A stretch of 63,886 bases of DNA, filler included, from Coriobacteriales bacterium (GCA_031263105.1; 6 parts of 6 records of this genome joined end to end with filler, not necessarily neighbours in it), one strand, 5' to 3'; positions 40,701 to 48,678 are shown, numbered from the whole stretch's first letter. The notes: generated from the sequence alone by a model not told the origin. Made by a program: numbers and translations.

Positions 40701-42716
40701 AACGCGACCTACCAGGTCGAGTACGTGCGTCCCGACGGCTCCACCGAGCCCATCGTCACCGACGGGGTTGCCCGGACGACCTCGGCCGTTCTCAGCGCGA
40801 ACCCCACCTGGGGCGACATACAGACGGATCTCACGGGGACCAAGGAGTTCGGCTTCACCATAGACGGCTCCAACGACCTCTACCGCACCGTCCGGGTGAG
40901 CGCCACCGTGACGGACCGCGCGGGCAACACGCGCACGGGCACGGACACGCTCTCCATCGACACCACGCGCCCCGTGATACGGGTCTCCTACGACAACAAC
41001 GCCGTCGAGAACAGCCGCTACTTCAAGGCGGCGCGCACCGCGACCCTCTCCGTCACCGAGTTGAACTTCGATTCCTCCCGCGTGCAGGTGACAAGCCAGC
41101 GGCAGGCCGCTTGGGGCGCCGCGCTCGGCACGAGCAAGCGCGACACGAGGGCCACGGGCACCGTCGTGTACGCCGACGATGCCGAGTACACTCTTAGCGT
41201 CGCCGCGACGGACAGGGCGGGCAACCTCGCGGTCGTTTCCTACGAGGGGGCCGCGCCGCAGGACTTCGTCGTCGACACGACGATGCCCGTGCTCTCGCTT
41301 GCCTACGACAACAACAATGCGCGCAACGACCGCTACTACAATGCAGCGCGCACGGGGACCCTCACGGTCGTCGAGCAGAACTTCAGCGACGCAGGGGCCG
41401 CCGTGACCGCGACCCGCGACGGCGCGGGCTTCTCCTCGGGCGGCACGTGGTCGTCGGCGGGCACCGTCCATACGAGCAGCATAGGCTTCACGACCGACGG
41501 CGACTACGGCCTCACCGCCGCCTACACCGACCTCGCGGGCAACCCCGCGAACGTGCTGCCGCCCGAGGACTTCGTCGTCGACCTCACGGCCCCCGTCATC
41601 ACCTTCGGCGAGGCCGTGCAGGATCGCACCGCCTATGCGGACGTGGTGACCCCCGAGGTTCTCTTCACCGACCGCAACTACGACAGCACCGGCAAGGCCA
41701 TCACCATCGAGGGCTACAAGAACCCCGAGGTCTCCTTCGGCACGGATGCCAGCACCATAAGCGACGGCGACGCCACGGGCGAGCAGGTGACCGTTGCCGA
41801 TCTTGAGCACACGAGCGCCAACGACGACATATACACGCTGACAGCGACGCTCATGGATCTCGCGGGCAACGAGGCCGAGGAAGGCATCATGTACTCGGTC
41901 AACCGTTACGGCTCGACCTGGCGCATCGAGGGCGCGTCCAAGGACCTCGTCGACGGCCACTACTCCAACGCCTCGCGCGCCTTTGAGATACACGAGGTCA
42001 ACGTCAACGAGGTCGTCTCTCACGAGGCGACGCTCAGCCACAACGGCGACCTCAACAAGCTGGGACAGGAGGAGGGCTACCAGGTGGCGGCCAGCGGCGA
42101 CGAGGCGAGCTGGAAGGAGTACACCTACACCTTCGCAGCGGACAACTTCCAGAACGAGGGCCTGTACGAGCTCACGCTGCTGACGACCGACGCGGCCCAG
42201 AACACCTCTTCGAACGTCTCGCCGCGCGTGGCGGAGAGCGCAGCTCCCGTGAGCTTTGTCATCGACAAGACGGCCCCGAGCGTCGTGATAACCGGTGTCG
42301 AGGCCGGCGCCCAGTACGCCGAGGAGTCCCGGACGGCCCTCATAGACGTCCAAGACAACACGGCCGTCGACAGGATAGACGTCTATCTCAACAACGGCGC
42401 CGCCCCCGTGGCGAGCTACTCGGCCGACGAGATCGAGGGCGCGAAGTCGGAGAGCGGGCAGATACCCTGCGTGATACCGGCTTCCAACGAGCAGCAGAGC
42501 ATCGCGGTCGTTGCCCGGGACGTCGCGGGCAACAGCACCGAGAGCATCGGCGTGCGAGACATATTCGTCAGCCCGACCAACATCTTGATCCTCGGCCTCT
42601 CGGTGCCGCGCGTCGCCGCCGTGGGCGGCGGCATCGGCTTGGGCGCACTCGTCTTGGCGGGGCTGGGTTTCCTGGTAGTGCTGCCCTGGTGGCGCCGCTC
42701 GCGCAAAGAGCTGTAG
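34725..42716 (+). CDS. Giant (2663 aa) Ig-like-repeat surface protein with N-terminal signal and C-terminal TM anchor
   Basis: KRALSVLCSLALVATLVPANLVFA; many DxAGN and (I/V)DxTxP module motifs; C-terminal hydrophobic helix plus WWRRSRK. Confidence 0.9.
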   Translation: MKKQTQEPRERVRNAQGAQGAQGAQGARNARAVRNVRRREPAKRALSVLCSLALVATLVPANLVFATDAAAKDTSPQGTVFDTPVADRAAPAAAEEETAPADEVAEDAPISEDAKFPSLGGVPRRGGVVSPDADATPAPATEALPDADSAPTSIPEATDAASETTPALRATPPEEGNVDAAASNAAKDAEIPAAEDAPFPSGGAAQSAGVVLPDAGSAPASASTTQGASTLQSQLDARSFIPSRTAKSLGFSIQSAEDYEVTASAVTVSTSVSPTAVEPDITITATGNPSDTLTIPFTDLTTANGIELDWDAAGFKGSAGTAYETGWTFEDASPSGKQISWSGATLGYARYQVDLQGAKLKVTNSGGEFDAYLSSKSVSWISGVSDLDAASVNDVPVQFDLTGISGAATAVLADASSLSYVISSTNSLDADISVVVTEASQTKLGIVKVEGQMQYDSGGGNWQDVGSPIPFDVSGAPAYEGSAYLFPTFAELGTLSDSEGLTLTGKIPSSNGTAYDTNPPSRMAVTVTFADGTSQSASSPITGITVTDDTAAPTVTLEFYAGTQNPSTESSSYYYTARSLKLTIDDNGIELPPVYLASTYSPDNAGLIEAASADAASEWEKDDATSTSSKLVFTMELPEGVYDFATTTDGFGDALDDYLLTITDAGGNTPATTVFSESIKAFTVDDTPPTATITGVASLGNDLEENGLETDRSVTYGDSGKSSSVTLVGTDAGSDVWKYTWVRLSEADYAGISGAMPFSGLVSSHSGSSDVIDATDGSFDPNNDLKLDRGGDDRFVYVLQVMDKAGNTAYAISNGIIVDTAPPKILADSIVVMGTEANGFYTGDVTVGFQAYDDEQDAATGTSQKTASGLAGVAYELYYLDANGYRVGGVTAPFSSGDAALTAAHAAEDLSDNLNPTWDEIQESCKSTSTDAWEYEFAISAADDYDLYPGVEIVLTATDRAGNSNDPVNGADADDAKKEIKIDATKPKVELSFDENDKANTSSGVPVYKLGRTATITVTEMNFDPDGANTFAVLYKAYEPVLSTTEIASMTLSATDWNSLGGSKKDDTKYQATIIFPDGDYRLEDLWVTDAAGHKTDEAVPADWTSSDFTLAFGTKDYDNFIVDTAAPKVTLEFDAGTQNPSTESSTTYYTKRTAKLTIDDGISPLPDTYQDSDLPSTALIEKAGATPGSWVKDAVNSTAEKLVFTMELLEGNYDFTNQGFIAEVDTYLATIVDIGTNSPLRASDFTFTATPKIFTVDHTAPTSAMDIAASDDAWGAPSLEDGIAYGNVGQTSTAIFRGTDEDASVNSGVWKYRYVRLTPVEYAAINGSTDFDTLYTTTESNDSSNVGTKDSDPLDPFEATQPPDARFVYVLQVLDKAGNAAYCISSGTIVDTTEPAIDTSDGDKSIKVFAPNALDVDDFVTADATVSFKAYDVENAATGWQGVATASGLAKADWKLYGIDAGGNRVGNPFKVGTAVWDANGQTALDAGSTWADIQKSLDTSTPWDYHFEIGSPLSDYDRYPQVEIEVTATDRAGNESAPVSRKVRIDATKPKVELSFDENDKVATYSGVPVYKVGRMATLTLTELHFDPRKPASYRIAYDAYKPMTQGIDPNRAQPAVSAWTLVGGAVGNKDSTTYQATVTFPDGDYHLNSLWVVDEAGHRTDVAVPADLAGGDVTLGTDVYDFVIDTVEPVLALSYPTELVSPARYDKTYFQDRKARVVITDEGGFRLSPDGYTIEYQRDGKPVFASLTRTDNYTLSWDLDLGDAVRYDFSGITVTATARDRAHTAPVGGQGFSASDINVFAVDGVRPRGDIRLDDASIASNPARSEARYADSRSKQSVTVELAGNDAEGTGVQKYEYFRATPEEVEAIPDDVRFDALEARFSSTAVAMVLPASLPAAERTFTRSDTQDKNDRYVYVLKVTDMAGNADYWASNGIITDTSVPDVPTFTFTGTDRTGNGIFSSDVRVRFEANDRTRAAATGSAQTASGLTANATYQVEYVRPDGSTEPIVTDGVARTTSAVLSANPTWGDIQTDLTGTKEFGFTIDGSNDLYRTVRVSATVTDRAGNTRTGTDTLSIDTTRPVIRVSYDNNAVENSRYFKAARTATLSVTELNFDSSRVQVTSQRQAAWGAALGTSKRDTRATGTVVYADDAEYTLSVAATDRAGNLAVVSYEGAAPQDFVVDTTMPVLSLAYDNNNARNDRYYNAARTGTLTVVEQNFSDAGAAVTATRDGAGFSSGGTWSSAGTVHTSSIGFTTDGDYGLTAAYTDLAGNPANVLPPEDFVVDLTAPVITFGEAVQDRTAYADVVTPEVLFTDRNYDSTGKAITIEGYKNPEVSFGTDASTISDGDATGEQVTVADLEHTSANDDIYTLTATLMDLAGNEAEEGIMYSVNRYGSTWRIEGASKDLVDGHYSNASRAFEIHEVNVNEVVSHEATLSHNGDLNKLGQEEGYQVAASGDEASWKEYTYTFAADNFQNEGLYELTLLTTDAAQNTSSNVSPRVAESAAPVSFVIDKTAPSVVITGVEAGAQYAEESRTALIDVQDNTAVDRIDVYLNNGAAPVASYSADEIEGAKSESGQIPCVIPASNEQQSIAVVARDVAGNSTESIGVRDIFVSPTNILILGLSVPRVAAVGGGIGLGALVLAGLGFLVVLPWWRRSRKEL
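35069..35356. repeat. Three palindromic elements (family B) inserted in frame in the giant CDS
   Basis: ATTCCCCTCC(N3)GGAGGGG-hairpin-GGGGTGGT at 35069-35110 (+), 35214-35255 (-), 35318-35356 (+). Confidence 0.85.
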
Positions 42717-42793
42717 AAAGCGTGGCAGCTTTGGCACAGCGGAGGGTCGGCAGGGGAAGCGCCCCCTGTCGACTCCCCGCAGCTGGATAAGAC

Positions 42794-44812
42794 ATGGGAG
42801 TCCGAGCCGCAAGTGGGTATCCCTTTGAGCTGCTGCAGGAGATCGGTCGCGGTGGGCTGGGTGTGGTATATCTGGCCTACCACCACCGCCTGCAGAAGCA
42901 CGTCGTTCTCAAACGGGTTCCAACGGGGCCTCTGCGGCTGGACAAACTGCGAGTCGAGGTTGACCTCCTCAAGAACCTGCGCCACAGCTACCTGCCGCAG
43001 GTCTACGACTTCATACAGGTGGGCAATGACGTGTTCACCGTCATGGAGCACGTCCAGGGTGTAAGCCTTGCACATTATCTGAGGGAGGGCATCCGTCCGT
43101 CGCAGGCACAGATGATAACGTGGATGTGCCAGCTCGGGGAGGTCCTCGACTATCTCCACTCGTGCGACCCGCCGGTCATCCACAGCGACATCAAGCCGGA
43201 CAACATCATGATAACCCCGCGCGGCGACGTCTGTCTCATTGACTTCAGCATATCTCAGGGCGAGGGATCGACGGCCCTTCTCGGCATCAGCGACCTCTAC
43301 GCCTCTCCGGAGCAGGCGGCCTTGGCCCACGAGGTGCGGATGGGTGCCCGTGCAGGTGCAGGTCAGGACATGTGGGGCGGGGCTGCTGTTTCGCCGCTTC
43401 AGCGGCAGGGCGAGCATTCCCGCCCCATGCGCACCGCCCGCCTGTCTCCCCAGTCGGACATCTACAGCCTTGGTGCGACTTTCTACTGGCTTGTCCTCGG
43501 CATACAGCCGGTTCAGGTCGTCTGCCCCTTGCCTCCGCTGGAGGAGTACGCAGAGGACTACGCGCTCCCGTATGACCGGGCCTTTCTCCGTGTCATCGAC
43601 CAGGCGGTCGGCGCACGGGGCAAGCGCATCACGTCGGCGGTGAGGTTTTTGGAAGTGCTGGGGAACCTCCAGCGCCTTGATGCGCACTACCAATGGAACC
43701 GGCGTTTGCAGTGGGCGACGGGTGCCACATCGGCGCTGCTGCTGCTCGTGGGCTTCCTACTCTCCTTGTACGGATGGTCGTACATGCAGAATGCCGCCTT
43801 CCAGGACACCCTGCGCGAGTTCAGGCAGCTGGTGGCCGTCGGCACCAACGACGCCATCGTCAGCAGGGGCTATCAGGTGCTGAACGACCCCGCCCTCCGC
43901 CCTCTGTTCGAGGAGCGGCCGCAGGACAAGGCGGAGGTGCTGCACACCATGGGGGACTGCTACTTCCAAAACGACGACTACGCCGCCGCGCTGCCGCTGT
44001 ACGCCGAGGCGCTTGACGTGGGGAAGGGCACGCAGGAGGCGGCGGCCTATTATCGCGATTACGCCATAGCGCTTGCTCGCGGGGGGTCTTACGACGAGGC
44101 CCTTGTCGTGCTCTGGGATGCGGAGGCCCGTGGGGTCACGGAGGCCTCGTTGCTGCTTGTCCGAGCCGAGATAGCCTACGCGACGGCATCGCGCACGGGC
44201 GGTACGCGCGATGGGCAGGCTGCGTTCGAGCTCGCCTTCGCGCTTCTTGCAAGAGGGGGCAACGAGCCCGAGCTGGTGCAGCGCGTCCACATCCTCCTCT
44301 CCCAGATATACCGTGAGCGCGGGGACTGGGAGGCCAGCATCGAGAGTCTGAGGAAGGCCAACGCCGCGCTCCCGAGCGCTGTGACGCTGCGCCGCCTGGC
44401 CGATGCCTGCGCACTGTATGCGCCCATGACGACCAGGGAGGGCGAGAAGGAGCGGCTGCTCAAAGAGGCGCGGTCGAACTACGAGGCGTTGTGCGCGCTG
44501 TCTGCCCCCGCGCCGGGCGATCGCCTCAACCTGGCAATCGTCCTGCGCTCGCTGGGCGAGTACCCCACGAGCGAACGGATGCTCAAGGACCTTCTCGCCG
44601 AGGGGCTTGACGACTATCGGGTAGCCATGAACCTCGCCTTCCTCTACGAGATGACCGGCAAGGAGGATGATGCCCTTTCCTTCGGCACATACGCGCGGCG
44701 GGCATACGACAACACTCCGGCCCCAAGCCGGGAGGCGCATGACAGCGCCAATATACAGGCGCTCGACAAGCTGCTCAGGAGGCTGGGCTCGAGGGAGGGG
44801 TCAGATGGATGA
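42794..44812 (+). CDS. Second Ser/Thr kinase (non-RD) with TM helix and TPR-like repeats
   Basis: GRGGLG, VLKR, HSDIKPDN, DFS, YASPE, SDIYSLGAT; TPR-like MGDCYFQNDDYAAA, YAIALARGGSYDEA. Confidence 0.9.
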   Translation: MGVRAASGYPFELLQEIGRGGLGVVYLAYHHRLQKHVVLKRVPTGPLRLDKLRVEVDLLKNLRHSYLPQVYDFIQVGNDVFTVMEHVQGVSLAHYLREGIRPSQAQMITWMCQLGEVLDYLHSCDPPVIHSDIKPDNIMITPRGDVCLIDFSISQGEGSTALLGISDLYASPEQAALAHEVRMGARAGAGQDMWGGAAVSPLQRQGEHSRPMRTARLSPQSDIYSLGATFYWLVLGIQPVQVVCPLPPLEEYAEDYALPYDRAFLRVIDQAVGARGKRITSAVRFLEVLGNLQRLDAHYQWNRRLQWATGATSALLLLVGFLLSLYGWSYMQNAAFQDTLREFRQLVAVGTNDAIVSRGYQVLNDPALRPLFEERPQDKAEVLHTMGDCYFQNDDYAAALPLYAEALDVGKGTQEAAAYYRDYAIALARGGSYDEALVVLWDAEARGVTEASLLLVRAEIAYATASRTGGTRDGQAAFELAFALLARGGNEPELVQRVHILLSQIYRERGDWEASIESLRKANAALPSAVTLRRLADACALYAPMTTREGEKERLLKEARSNYEALCALSAPAPGDRLNLAIVLRSLGEYPTSERMLKDLLAEGLDDYRVAMNLAFLYEMTGKEDDALSFGTYARRAYDNTPAPSREAHDSANIQALDKLLRRLGSREGSDG

Positions 44813-44975
44813 CGGTCTTGCCCTGCTGGTGGCCGGGGTCGTTCTGATGGCGCTTGCCCTTTGCGCCTTTGTGGCGGGGGAGTTCCTGCTCGCCCGGCGT
44901 CAGAGGGCGCTGAGGGAGCGCTACCAGCTGCCATGCGTCGACATGCGGCTCCGACAGGCAGGCAAGGAACGGTAA
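44805..44975 (+). CDS. 56-aa single-TM protein
   Basis: GGAGG RBS, overlap with the kinase end, LALLVAGVVLMALALCAFVAG followed by a basic tail. Confidence 0.65.
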   Translation: MDDGLALLVAGVVLMALALCAFVAGEFLLARRQRALRERYQLPCVDMRLRQAGKER

Positions 44976-45015
44976 GGTAATCAGTTCCCAAGGACAGAGA
45001 GGCCAGGTAGGGACA

Positions 45016-46242
45016 ATGGAGGGCAGCTCGGAGGACAGGCGGAGAAAGACGGTCGTCACCGTCGCGATGGCTGCGCTCATTCTGGTGGTCCTGGCGATTG
45101 TGGGCAGCCTGGTCATCACCAGTTGCGACCTCTCTGTGGACGTAGGCTACGAGGAGCGCCTGCGCCAAGCACAGGTCGCGCTGGACAAAGGGGAGTACGA
45201 GACGGCCATCCTGATATACGAGCAGGCCATCGAGGAGAGGATTGCGGAGCCCGAGGCCTATCTGGGGCTCGCACGGGTCTATCGGATGACCGCGCGGATT
45301 GAGCAGGCGCTGGAGGTGCTCCGGAGGGGGTTCAGGTACACCGGTTCGGATCGCATATCGTGGATGCTGGCGGAGATCGAGCAGATGTGGAAGGATGCCC
45401 AGGCGGCGGACTCGAAGAGAGGCGCAGGAGCGCCCCCGGCGGCGGACGAGGAGCCGCAGGAGGAGCCGGACGAGGAGCTGCAGGAGGACATCCCGTCGCT
45501 GACGCCGCCCTTGTTAAGGATGCCTTCGGCGCCTCGGAGCGTCGGACCCGGGATGATGCTCGAATCCAAGGTGACGCTGTACGGAACGGTCGTCGATGCG
45601 GCAACCGGCGAGGGCTTGGCCTCGGCAACGTTGGACATGCGTTCCGCCTCCTCCCTCGCCAGCAGCTCCCTCGCCTCGGCCGAAACCGATCGTGACGGCA
45701 CCTACTCCGTCCTCCTTGAGCAGGGGGAATACTGGGTGACGGTCACCAAGGACGGCTACCTCCAGGAGGACTTCAGGGTCGCGCTTGCAGATTCGATCGT
45801 AGAGCAGCAGGAGGACTTTGTGGTGACCTCGGAGCTTGCAGTGGACGAGATCCGCATCGTGCTGGCCTGGGGTCCCTCTCCCAGCGATCTCGACGCGCAC
45901 TTGACGGGCTCGCTTGACAGCGGCACCAGCGTCGGGGTGGATTTCCGCAACAAGGAGGCTTATGACGCTGAGGGCAACCTTGTGGCCGACCTTGATCTGG
46001 ACGACACCAACGGCGAAGGCCCCGAGACCCTCACCCTGCACGACCCCGTCGGGAGTTTCGAGTACTACGTGCAGGACTACACCTTCAGCGGCACCATGTC
46101 CGACTCGCACGCGCAGGTGAAGATATACGTTAGGGGCGGCGCACCCATAGTGGTGAACGTGCCCGAGGGCATCCACAACGAGTGGAGCGTCTGCCGCATA
46201 GAGCACGGCAGGGTCTCTGTGACCAACACTGCACGAGACTGA
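45016..46242 (+). CDS. Membrane-anchored TPR + carboxypeptidase-regulatory-like + DUF2135/YfaP-like protein
   Basis: EAYLGLARVY; GTVVDAATGEGL...TDRDGTY...KDGY; IRIVLAWG..PSDLDAHL...DLDDTNGEGPETLTL. Confidence 0.82.
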   Translation: MEGSSEDRRRKTVVTVAMAALILVVLAIVGSLVITSCDLSVDVGYEERLRQAQVALDKGEYETAILIYEQAIEERIAEPEAYLGLARVYRMTARIEQALEVLRRGFRYTGSDRISWMLAEIEQMWKDAQAADSKRGAGAPPAADEEPQEEPDEELQEDIPSLTPPLLRMPSAPRSVGPGMMLESKVTLYGTVVDAATGEGLASATLDMRSASSLASSSLASAETDRDGTYSVLLEQGEYWVTVTKDGYLQEDFRVALADSIVEQQEDFVVTSELAVDEIRIVLAWGPSPSDLDAHLTGSLDSGTSVGVDFRNKEAYDAEGNLVADLDLDDTNGEGPETLTLHDPVGSFEYYVQDYTFSGTMSDSHAQVKIYVRGGAPIVVNVPEGIHNEWSVCRIEHGRVSVTNTARD

Positions 46243-46272
46243 CAGCTGGCCCATGCAGGAGCAGGCAGCACT

Positions 46273-46475
46273 GATAAAGCAAGGGTCTTGCGACGTTTGG
46301 AGCGGATCAAGGGGTGCGGCGAATTGGGGGACTGGTCTTCTGTCGGCGATGGCGTCAACGAACTCAGGTTCCCTTTCGGGCCAGGCTTGCCGTCGATGGC
46401 AACCCCAGCTTCTTTACGGTGAAGAAGGTGCTCGACGCAATGAATGCGAGCCTTGTGCCCACCGCCAAGGCGTGA
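46273..46475 (+). pseudogene. Internally deleted HigB/HigA-like addiction module (killer N-part joined to antidote C-part)
   Basis: Hand translation DKARVLRRLERIKGCGELGDWSSVGDGVNELRFPFGPG (46273-46386), then in a shifted frame LAVDGNPSFFTVKKVLDAM...* (46386-46475). Confidence 0.7.
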
Positions 46476-46479
46476 GGCG

Positions 46480-46848
46480 TCAGGCGTGGAGGCCCCGTTG
46501 TATGGCGGTGTTCAGGTAGGCGTTGAGTGAGACGCCCTCAAGGGTCGCCCGCTCGGCCGCCTGCCGGTGCAGGCTTCTGGGGATGCGCAGCGTCACCCTC
46601 CCGCTGTAGCTGGCTGTCTGCGTGAACGCAGGGTCTGGCTGCGGGACGGTGACTCCCTTCGCCTTGGCAAAGGCGAGCCATTCCCTTCGCGCCCCGTCGA
46701 GCCCGGCGAGCGCCTCTTCGGGCGTCTCCCCAATCGACTCCACGGCCGGAATGTCGATCAGGAACGCCCGAAACCCTGTGAAGTCCTCATCGACGAACGG
46801 GGCGACTGCGAGCGGATACCTCTCGTCGACACACTGATCATAAGCCAT
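46480..46848 (-). CDS. hicB: HicB-family antitoxin
   Basis: GETPEEAL, YSGRVTLRIPRSLH, EGVSLN. Confidence 0.9.
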   Translation of the reverse strand: MAYDQCVDERYPLAVAPFVDEDFTGFRAFLIDIPAVESIGETPEEALAGLDGARREWLAFAKAKGVTVPQPDPAFTQTASYSGRVTLRIPRSLHRQAAERATLEGVSLNAYLNTAIQRGLHA

Positions 46849-47122
46849 TCTGCACACCCTCCTCCAACTCTCTCACGCGCTCAATCCACCTGATGGCCCT
46901 TCTTGCATACACGGGCAGGACAGGGGGCTTGCGCCTTGGGATACTGTTCGGCTCCATAGAATCGATAACAGGGTGCAGGGGGTGCGAAACAGAGAAGTGG
47001 CTCCCCCCTGAGTAGTTTTTGACCTCGAAGCCAAACGCCTTCAACGTAGCAGCCAGTTCCTCGAAGGAAACAGCTCTGGGGTTTGCCTTGAGGCTTTCGA
47101 AGCGCTTGTCCCTATGGGCCAA
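46838..47122 (-). CDS. hicA: HicA-family toxin
   Basis: NPRAVSFEEL, GGSHF, V.PVYAR; TTG start with GGAG RBS. Confidence 0.82.
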   Translation of the reverse strand: MAHRDKRFESLKANPRAVSFEELAATLKAFGFEVKNYSGGSHFSVSHPLHPVIDSMEPNSIPRRKPPVLPVYARRAIRWIERVRELEEGVQNGL

Positions 47123-47149
47123 CCTGTACTCCAATCTGACACTACATAC

Positions 47150-47184
47150 GGTGCCATTATAGCAAGGCACCCATCGGCGTGCAA
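47150..47184 (-). promoter_or_regulatory. hicAB sigma70 promoter with an operator palindrome over the -10
   Basis: TTGCAC-17-TATAAT; GGTGCC (47150-47155) / GGCACC (47166-47171). Confidence 0.75.
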
Positions 47185-47362
47185 CATGCGGTTTCACGGG
47201 AGCACAAAAGGGGAACACGAGGGGACGGTAGCATCATAATAACAGGATAGCCCAGCGTTTTCGGGAGTGCACCCGAAAATGTCGAGTTTCTCGCCAACAC
47301 TCATTAGGAAAATGTCGCAATTTGAGTAACGGGTCCCTTGGTTTTGTGCTACTAGGGTGGGC

Positions 47363-47685
47363 ATGGAACGATACATCTACCAAGACCTGCTGAGCTGGAA
47401 AGCCGAGGGCATGAAGAGGCCCTTGCTGGTGCTCGGTGCCCGGCAAGTGGGGAAGCCCCGGAGTTCCTTCTGGCCACGGAAAGCCCTGCCTCTGTGCAGC
47501 AGATCCGGCAGTGCCACCAAGACGGCATGGCGACGCTGCCGACGATGCACGAGGAGCTGATGCGCCTGTACAGGGCCTATATCTGCATCGGCGGTATGCC
47601 GGAGGCAGTGCAGCGCCATGTGGGCAGCGGCAATGCCGTGCAGGAGTTCGACAGTTCCTTCTTCGATGCGCTCTGCCTGCGGTGA
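47363..47685 (+). pseudogene. AAA+ ATPase (DUF4143-type) remnant with internal deletion
   Basis: PLLVLGARQVGK, then a jump to Y.CIGGMPEAV in another frame. Confidence 0.75.
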
Positions 47686-47769
47686 CAAACCGTCCCCCTT
47701 TCTTGAGGGCGTTGCACCAGTGCTCGACAGAAGCCGCGCTCCTACGACAAATACCCCGCGTTCTTGTCT

Positions 47770-47835
47770 CGGATTACCAATCTTTGAATATGCGGCAGAG
47801 ATAAGGATGTTGGTATCGATGAGAACTTTCTTCAT
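47770..47835 (-). pseudogene. Truncated PIN toxin
   Basis: MKKVLIDTNILISAAYSKIGNP coupled to the antitoxin, then similarity is lost. Confidence 0.7.
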
Positions 47836-48095
47836 CTGCCTTCGACTTCCTCGCGGACTTCGCGGCATAGCTCTAGAATGTCATCTTCGCCTTGGATGCC
47901 CGCTTTTTCCCACTCGCCCTCCATCGCTTGGGTAAAGTTGTCCATAGCGTATATGGCGGGATTCATCATGACGACCCGCTCGTTCTCGTAAATCAGGGCT
48001 ACTCGGTCGCCAGTTTTGAGTTTCAGTTTTTGGCGAATATCAATAGGCAGGGTAATCTGCCCTTTTGACATGACTTTTGCTGTATTGAATTGCAT
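47832..48095 (-). CDS. AbrB/MazE/SpoVT-family antitoxin
   Basis: AKVMSKGQITLPIDIRQKLKLKTGDRV. Confidence 0.9.
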   Translation of the reverse strand: MQFNTAKVMSKGQITLPIDIRQKLKLKTGDRVALIYENERVVMMNPAIYAMDNFTQAMEGEWEKAGIQGEDDILELCREVREEVEGR

Positions 48096-48111
48096 CGTCG
48101 CTTCTCTTTTT

Positions 48112-48162
48112 GGTAGGGTTTGCCCTACCTCATAGTATACGCAGGGGTTTTGTCGATTGCAA
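48112..48162 (-). promoter_or_regulatory. Antitoxin promoter and operator
   Basis: TTGCAA-17-TATACT (48162-48134); palindrome GGTAGGG-TTTG-CCCTACC (48112-48129). Confidence 0.78.
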
Positions 48163-48221
48163 CAGGCGTTTCCCCAGCAAACCTGTATCTTCTTTGTTAC
48201 AGGTCACACCCTCCACGGACA

Positions 48222-48380
48222 GCCCACTGCAGCCCCCGGCCCCCACTGCCGCCCCCGGCCCCCACTGCCGCCCCGGCCCCCCACTGCCGCCCCGGGCCCC
48301 CACTGCCGCCCCGGGCCCCCACTGCCGCCCCGAGCCCCTCACTGTCATTCCGAGCCTGTCGTGGAATCTTCGACCGCGCC
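48222..48380. repeat. Tandem 18-19-bp C-rich units running into a family A arm
   Basis: About six CCCCCACTGCCGCCCCGG(G) units, then CACTGTCATTCCGAGCC. Confidence 0.85.
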
Positions 48381-48597
48381 AGCGGGCGCCCGCCGGGCGG
48401 AGGGGGGGCCCCCCCCCCCCCCCCGCGGCGCGCGGGCCGGCCGGGGTGGNNNNNNNNNNNNNNNNNNNNNNNNNNNNNNNNNNNNNNNNNNNNTTAATTA
48501 ATTAANNNNNNNNNNNNNNNNNNNNNNNNNNNNNNNNNNNNNNNNNNNNGGGGGGGGCGTGTTCACTTCGCGCGCAGAGGTCTCCCCGGCGGGCGGG

Positions 48598-48626
48598 TTG
48601 CATTCACCCGAGGTAAATCCCATACT
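48598..48626 (+). promoter_or_regulatory. Candidate sigma70 promoter
   Basis: TTGCAT-17-CATACT upstream of 48679. Confidence 0.5.
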
Positions 48627-48678
48627 GAGTAGCTAACATGATTATCCTCGGACGGCGACAACGGGAAAGGACGGGCGC

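Noticed and set aside
48222..48345. Tandem 18-19-bp repeats as a possible CRISPR array (also 59569-59779)
   Set aside because: No unique spacers and no cas genes; the units are arms of repeat family A
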